A stretch of 64,000 bases of DNA, taken from assembly GCF_018350175.1 (NCBI RefSeq), contig NC_058383.1, forward strand, positions 25,174,001 through 25,238,000, read 5' to 3'. Source of the DNA: Felis catus (taxonomy: Eukaryota). Made by a program: the position numbers and the translations under genes. Of this stretch, positions 59,101-64,000 are shown one piece after another. Under the pieces are notes generated by a model. It saw only the letters and a list, made by a program, of their open reading frames with translations, did not search any database and was not told where the DNA came from. Positions within the stretch are counted from its first letter, which is position 1, and every line of letters begins with the position of its first letter.

Positions 59101-62100
59101 GGAACCAGGGCCTAGACTTAGGACAAACACTAGTTATGAGAATTTGAGCCAGCCTTCCAATTCCTCATTTCCTAAATAGGATGAATACTGTCAGTTCTGC
59201 CAACTTGACAGGGCTTCCCTGAGCTAAGATGGGCAACAGAGCTCTGCTAGTCTCCTGCCCCAACTTTTATGAAAACTTCCCCATGTGGGGGTTAGTCCTT
59301 ATTGGGTCAAAGCTATAGTTCTGGTTCTCTTCTAGTCTCCCAAGGATTAATGGTGGGAGACTTGGCCATGGCCTCCTCACTAGAGGGAGGGAAACTCAGG
59401 TTGGCTTCAGGGCCTCAGTTAATGATGCATTCATAGCTTGTGCTTCGAAATATGCAGTGGAAAGACAGCCCCAGTCAATCATTAACATAACATTCACACC
59501 TCAGTTGTTACCATGTCCTCTGGCTCAGAGTCAAGAGTCAGGGGAGACACATGGCCAGTGGGGCAGTGACTGATCTGCAGACACTCAGGAACAAACTATT
59601 TATCAAGTTAAGAGCTACCTCAGTCCCATGGGATCCAGAGGGGCAAAGAGAACTCAGACATCCCAGAGAAGATGATCTGAGATCAAATTCCTTTAAGCCA
59701 GCTTATCTTATAATTCATTCACCTCATTCATCCATTCTGTAATTATTTCTTGAGCACCTAGTATGAGCCAGATGGTTACAGGAGCTAGCGAGCAAGCTAG
59801 ACAAAAATTGTAGTTTCAGAAAAAGGTAGACTCAATGAAGAAAATGTAATAGATCATAAAATAGAAAATGATATGATGGGGGGGAGGGTGGTGGTAAGAA
59901 AAGTCCAAATCTAGGACTAATAAGCCAGAGGAGATGCCCTGATTGCTGAGGAAAAGGCAGCACAGGTGGAGGGACTGGTGGGTGCCAAGGCCCAGTGTGC
60001 CGGGGGAAGAGGGCATGGCTGCCGTACGGACAGCAGGAGACAGTGGCACATGAGATCGGCACTATGGTTCTGATGACCTGAAATTCAAATGGACTCGGAG
60101 GGCTTTTTGTTCACCTTTTTTGGTATTTTCGGGACTTTGAAACCAGTTCCTTTCAGAGCACTTACATTTTTTTTTTCAGACAAATGCCTGTAAGAGAAAC
60201 TATTTCCATAATTTGTGCCTGCTTCTTTCTGAAAGATGGCTTAGAACATAGAATAGTCTACATGAATGTGAAAATAGAAACTCAGCCTTGGGGCTGAATC
60301 CAGGAAGAGAGGGGGACTGCCACAGGGTGGAGTGCCATGGTCTGAGGCTGGCATGAAGCCTCCCCCATCTCTCTCTGTCCCTTGAGGCCAGCACATCGTC
60401 CTTCTATGAACTTCTATAGGCCTGACTCATTGTGGCTTTTAAAATGGCCTAATTGGTATCTACTAAAGCTGAACGCAGCATCCCCTATGACCAGAAATTC
60501 TACTCCTGGGCATGTACCCAACAGAAGTGCATACAACGTGCCCCCAGAGACATGCATGAAAATTAATTAACAGCCCCAAATTTGGAAACAACCCAAATGC
60601 TTACCAACAGAGGATGGATAAGTTATAGAATATTCACAAAACACAATGCTACACAGCCCGTGCAACAGCCCATGAATCTCACAAATGTAACAAAGCCAGA
60701 CCCCAAAACACACACTGTGATTCCATTTATATGAAGTTCAAGAGCAGGCAGACTAATGCATGCTGTTGGAAGTTAGAATGGTGGTTACCCTTAGGTAGGG
60801 GTGTGTCAGGGGCTAGGAGGGGGCCCAGTGGGGACTTGTGAGAGCCTGGCAATGATCTATCTCTTGATCTGGGTAGTACACAGGTGTGTTCATTCTGCAA
60901 AAAAATCATAAGACTATACATTATAATTTGTACACCTTTCTGTATGCAAATATACTCCCCTGTAAGTTTTTTAAACTTATATTGTTTATATTTATATAAA
61001 CATATATATTTATATGTAAGCAAAGATGCTGAAAATAGAGTCCTTTCCAGTCGATTTACCACCTGACATGCATTCATCAAGCTGCATGCAGCAATTTGTC
61101 CTGCACAGACTGCTTGCTCTGCCTGGAAGCCATTCCCTCTCCTTCCTTGTCCAGTTTCCTTCTTATTGCTGCCTTCTTATTGACTCATTTGCTTCCTTCA
61201 GTTTTCAGCTCATAAGTGATTTCCTCCAGGAAACCCTACTCAAATACACAGTCTAGGTCATGTATCTTTGCTACAGGCTCATAGAACTTTGCTTTTGAAT
61301 ACCTACTTTGAGTGTGATTATATGCTTGTGTAATTATTTGACAATTGTCCTAGTCAACAGAACGAGAGCTGCAAAACAGTGTGATTGTGTTTGTTTCTGC
61401 TCACCATTATATCCCCAGGACCAAGCACAGCACTCAATAACATAATAGGTACTCAGCACATATCTGTCAAATGAACGAATGAGTGAAGGAATGAATGCTG
61501 AGTGAAGGAATATGGGCCTATAGATGTAGTCCAAAGCTACTTAAAACAAACACTGCTTTATCTCATAAACTCAATTTGAATGCTTCATTTTATTCTATAG
61601 TAATCTTTGATAGAAAATAGTATTTTATGTTATCTACCATCATGTGGAATTGATGATTCTAGCAAACATATGTCTATAGCTTCATGTACATTTTGGCACA
61701 CTATTAAGTCTCCCCAGACATGGTGTATGTGTCCCAATTTTAGAAGCTAAGATTTTGCTGTGCTTAGCACATCCCATATGATAGCTGAGAAATGGAAGTC
61801 ATGACCTATGAACTTCATGAGAAGGTCTCAATGAGAAGTTGGAGGCATAGGCAATGATGGAATTTTCCCAAAGTCACAAAGCTAGCTGGTATTTTTATTT
61901 ACATTTCATTCATTTATTATTTTTTAAATAAATATATCTTCCTGTCACTTTGGAAGGTAGGTAAGAAAAGAAGAGAAGGCATGCTTCCTCTTGGGTTTGA
62001 TTCCCAGGTGCACTAGTAGAATGGCCATTGGAAAGTCAAACCTCAGTTTTCTCTTTTGCAAAATGGGGAGGGTAAGAGTATCTATCCCATATGGTAGTGT

Positions 62101-63467
62101 TGTTTTGGGGATATAATATATGCAAATTGCTCAGCAGAGTGCCTTGTCCTTGGTAAGTGCTCAATGAAGTTTAGCTGCTGCTGTTAATGTTCATGCCTTG
62201 GTACTGGGGTGGGAAGGAGTAGAAGGACTGACCTTGGCCTTTAATGTGTGGGAGTCCAAGACTGAGATGCTTCTGCTCATTAAACTTGGAAAAAACAAGT
62301 CTTGCTCCAGTTTAAGAGGAAACTGCTATGAGATCCACTTAACTGTCTCTGTTTCCAGGAGTGGTTGAATCTACTGCCTTGGTCGTTTGGTTGAGAAGAC
62401 AAATTAGCCAAAAAGCATTTTTGTTCAATAACACCCAGCAGGTGTTAGATTTTGTGAAATCCAGGCCCTTGGTCATCATTGGCTTCTTCCAGGTACTGGG
62501 GTCAAGAGGTGGGAGGTGACTTTTCACCTGGTAAGGATCCTGTGTCTGAGAAGGGGGGGTGAGGAGAGGTCTTCCACTTGGGTTAATTCCATGCCCATTC
62601 TTCCTTTTCCAACAAGCTGTTTTTCCAGGGTTAAAATGAAGAAGGAAAGAATGGAAGGTGAAGTGGTAGGAGATGCTAACCAGAAAGGTAGACAGGAATG
62701 CAGAGAGAGGAGAGGAGACTGACATTTATTAAATTGGTTTTGATAGTATAACTGATCTTTTGGAGGCCCATTTAGAACATCACTGAATAATAAATAATTT
62801 GCAAATTGTTTTTCCTTGTGCAGAATGAGTTTCTCATATGTCTCTATTCATGTCCTGTAACTCTGACGATTCTTTCCTTCCCCCAGTAGAAGTCAGAACT
62901 TTGGCATTATATTTTTACATAGGAAGAGTATGTGCCTCTTTCTGTCTCATTTCACTTTTCAGCCCCAAGTTTCTCATATTTGGTGATCCATGTGGCCAGA
63001 TCAGTCGCCTCTTCTGAAAGCGATTAAGGAATAAATGTTTAAGTCTAAACCTGTGTGTTTAGAACAACCTTATTATAAATAATTGGAAAAAATCAAGTTT
63101 ATCAATTCTCTTCATTAATCTCTGTGGAGTTGTCTATTTTGGGCTTAGTCATAGCCATATAAGTATTCTGAGTATGAAACATCCATGAAAAGGGATTTAG
63201 GGGACCCAGGAAAACCCCAGAACTTGGAAAGGTGAGGAGACAAATTGGTCACCATTTCTACCTTGACCTTAAATAAGCCAGGTATTTTGCTTTCTACCAA
63301 AGCCTTACCCAACATCCTTCCCCAAACAGGATTTAGAGGAAGAAGTAGCAGAGTTGTTCTATGATGTGATCAAAGACTTCCCAGAGCTAACGTTTGGAGT
63401 GATATCAATTAGCAATGCCATTGGGCGTTTCCACGTCACCCTTGACAGTCTTCTGGTGTTCAAAAAG
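43975..63467 (+). CDS. PDILT: Protein disulfide isomerase-like protein of the testis, 5' partial (4 coding exons, 681 nt, 227 codons; continues beyond the window)
   Basis: Exons 202+207+134+138 join in frame. Signal peptide [12 protein letters not shown]; thioredoxin-like a domain with SKQS in place of CGHC; then the b domain. Matches the PDILT N-terminus. Confidence 0.95.
47480..47627. mobile_element. MER5A-like relic
   Basis: cagtgttattcaaagtgtggtctatggaccagc...gaagcactg. Confidence 0.7.
48230..48434 (-). mobile_element. Can-SINE
   Basis: TSD ggccacaca(g/a)tgttttaa on both flanks. Confidence 0.92.
52014..52217. mobile_element. MER20-like hAT relic
   Basis: gcactactgacactttggctggatcattctttgttgtg...aatgtctccagatatggccaaatgtcccc...tgagaaccac. 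Confidence 0.75.
53586..53646. repeat. (CAT/CAC)n trinucleotide repeat
   Basis: Directly visible; intronic. Confidence 0.9.
54892..55016 (+). promoter_or_regulatory. Promoter-like cassette (reverse CCAAT, E-box, GC box, TATAAAAG)
   Basis: ATTGG 54892-54896, CAGGTG 54943-54948, GGGGCGTG 54963-54970, TATAAAAG 55009-55016. Confidence 0.35.
56267..56473 (+). CDS. PDILT: PDILT coding exon 2 ([28 protein letters not shown]...NRSEPISCK)
   Basis: tttttCAG acceptor, donor AAG|GTAATA, 207 nt. Confidence 0.95.
56485..56912 (-). mobile_element. Old MLT1-like LTR starting just after the PDILT coding exon 2 donor
   Basis: Resembles elements at about 46520-47030 and 47220-47760 (caaggacc...ttccttccagct; ggaagtggc...catc; ttttggtgaa). 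Confidence 0.45.
57349..57390. repeat. (GGAT)n tetranucleotide repeat
   Basis: Directly visible. Confidence 0.95.
58650..58832. mobile_element. MER58-like hAT relic
   Basis: aatgggtgtggctgtgttccaataaaactttattt...ggtcagatttggcccatggg...tgaccaacccctg. Confidence 0.75.
59418..59486. promoter_or_regulatory. Paired HNF1-like motifs
   Basis: GTCAATCATTAAC (59474-59486, one mismatch to GTTAATNATTAAC) and GTTAATGATGCAT (59418-59430). Confidence 0.45.
60470..60975 (+). mobile_element. Old L1ME-type 3' end
   Basis: cctatgaccagaaattctactcctggg...ggaaacaacccaaatg...gttagaatggtggttaccctt. Confidence 0.65.
62359..62492 (+). CDS. PDILT: PDILT coding exon 3 ([45 protein letters not shown])
   Basis: tttcCAG acceptor, donor CAG|GTACTG, 134 nt. 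Confidence 0.94.
63330..63467 (+). CDS. PDILT: PDILT coding exon 4 ([46 protein letters not shown])
   Basis: CAG acceptor, donor AAG|GTAAGA, 138 nt. Confidence 0.94.
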
Positions 63468-64000
63468 GTAAGATTTTGATTCTATTGCTAGTGAAGTGTC
63501 TCCAGTTCAAAATAGTGTACAATGCATGTATCTATAGGCTTTGGGCACAAATTCTAGTTCTGCCACTTGTGAACTAAGTGGCATTGGACTAGGCAGCTGC
63601 TGTGAGATCACACAGTCTCCTGGAGTCTCTCTGGCCTTTCTAGACATTTTCTATTTTAAGTTCCTCCTCCTCTTCTTGATCAGTAAATGCCATTCATTAA
63701 GGCTCAGTCCTCTACCTAGTGTTTTCTTCTGGTCCATCCTCTCTCACCCAACCTCCAACAGCAAATATTGTTCATACAATCATGACTTACAAATCTCCAT
63801 CTCCACCCAGACTTCTCTATCTCCAGACTTTCATATCCATCACCAACTGTCTCAATATGACCAAGCCTAACACAATCTCCCCTCCAAATCCTCTTACAGT
63901 GTTTTCTCCCCTCTCAATGAATGGTGTCACCATTTCTCCCATGTGAGGAAAGTCAGAATACCCAGGCATTATTCTAAAACCTCCCTCTCCTCCACCCTTC

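Noticed and set aside
1..64000. CRISPR arrays, operons, prokaryotic or viral defence systems, intact ERV genes
   Set aside because: Eukaryotic intron-exon locus; no regularly spaced repeats and no gag/pol/env ORFs seen, only solo LTRs

Overview
Mammalian genomic DNA, almost certainly from a felid, given the abundant cat-type tRNA-derived Can-SINEs and carnivore-type L1 and LTR elements. The window holds two head-to-head genes. (1) ACSM5, a mitochondrial medium-chain acyl-CoA synthetase, lies on the minus strand. All 13 coding exons could be read out with GT-AG boundaries and consistent phases (30068 to 8764, 1767 nt, 588 aa, intact). (2) PDILT, the testis-expressed PDI-like chaperone, lies on the plus strand. 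Its first four coding exons (43975 to 63467, 227 codons) are present and the gene continues past the window end. The rest is intron or intergenic DNA rich in SINE, L1, L2/MIR, MaLR/ERV LTR, hAT DNA-transposon relics and microsatellites. Almost all entries in the ORF track are spurious or repeat-derived. I found no evidence of a wholly new gene system. The best leads are: a lost ACSM5 stop codon giving a C-terminal extension; a promoter-like CCAAT/GC/TATA cassette plus splice donor in PDILT intron 2 (possible signal-peptide-less isoform); a paired HNF1 motif in PDILT intron 3 (possible UMOD-region kidney enhancer); an apparently shifted PDILT splice acceptor; inverted SINEs around a frame-preserving, stop-free ACSM5 exon pair (circRNA candidate); and a solo LTR next to the putative PDILT promoter. 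Comparisons with human proteins and repeat consensus sequences are from memory and need alignment to confirm.
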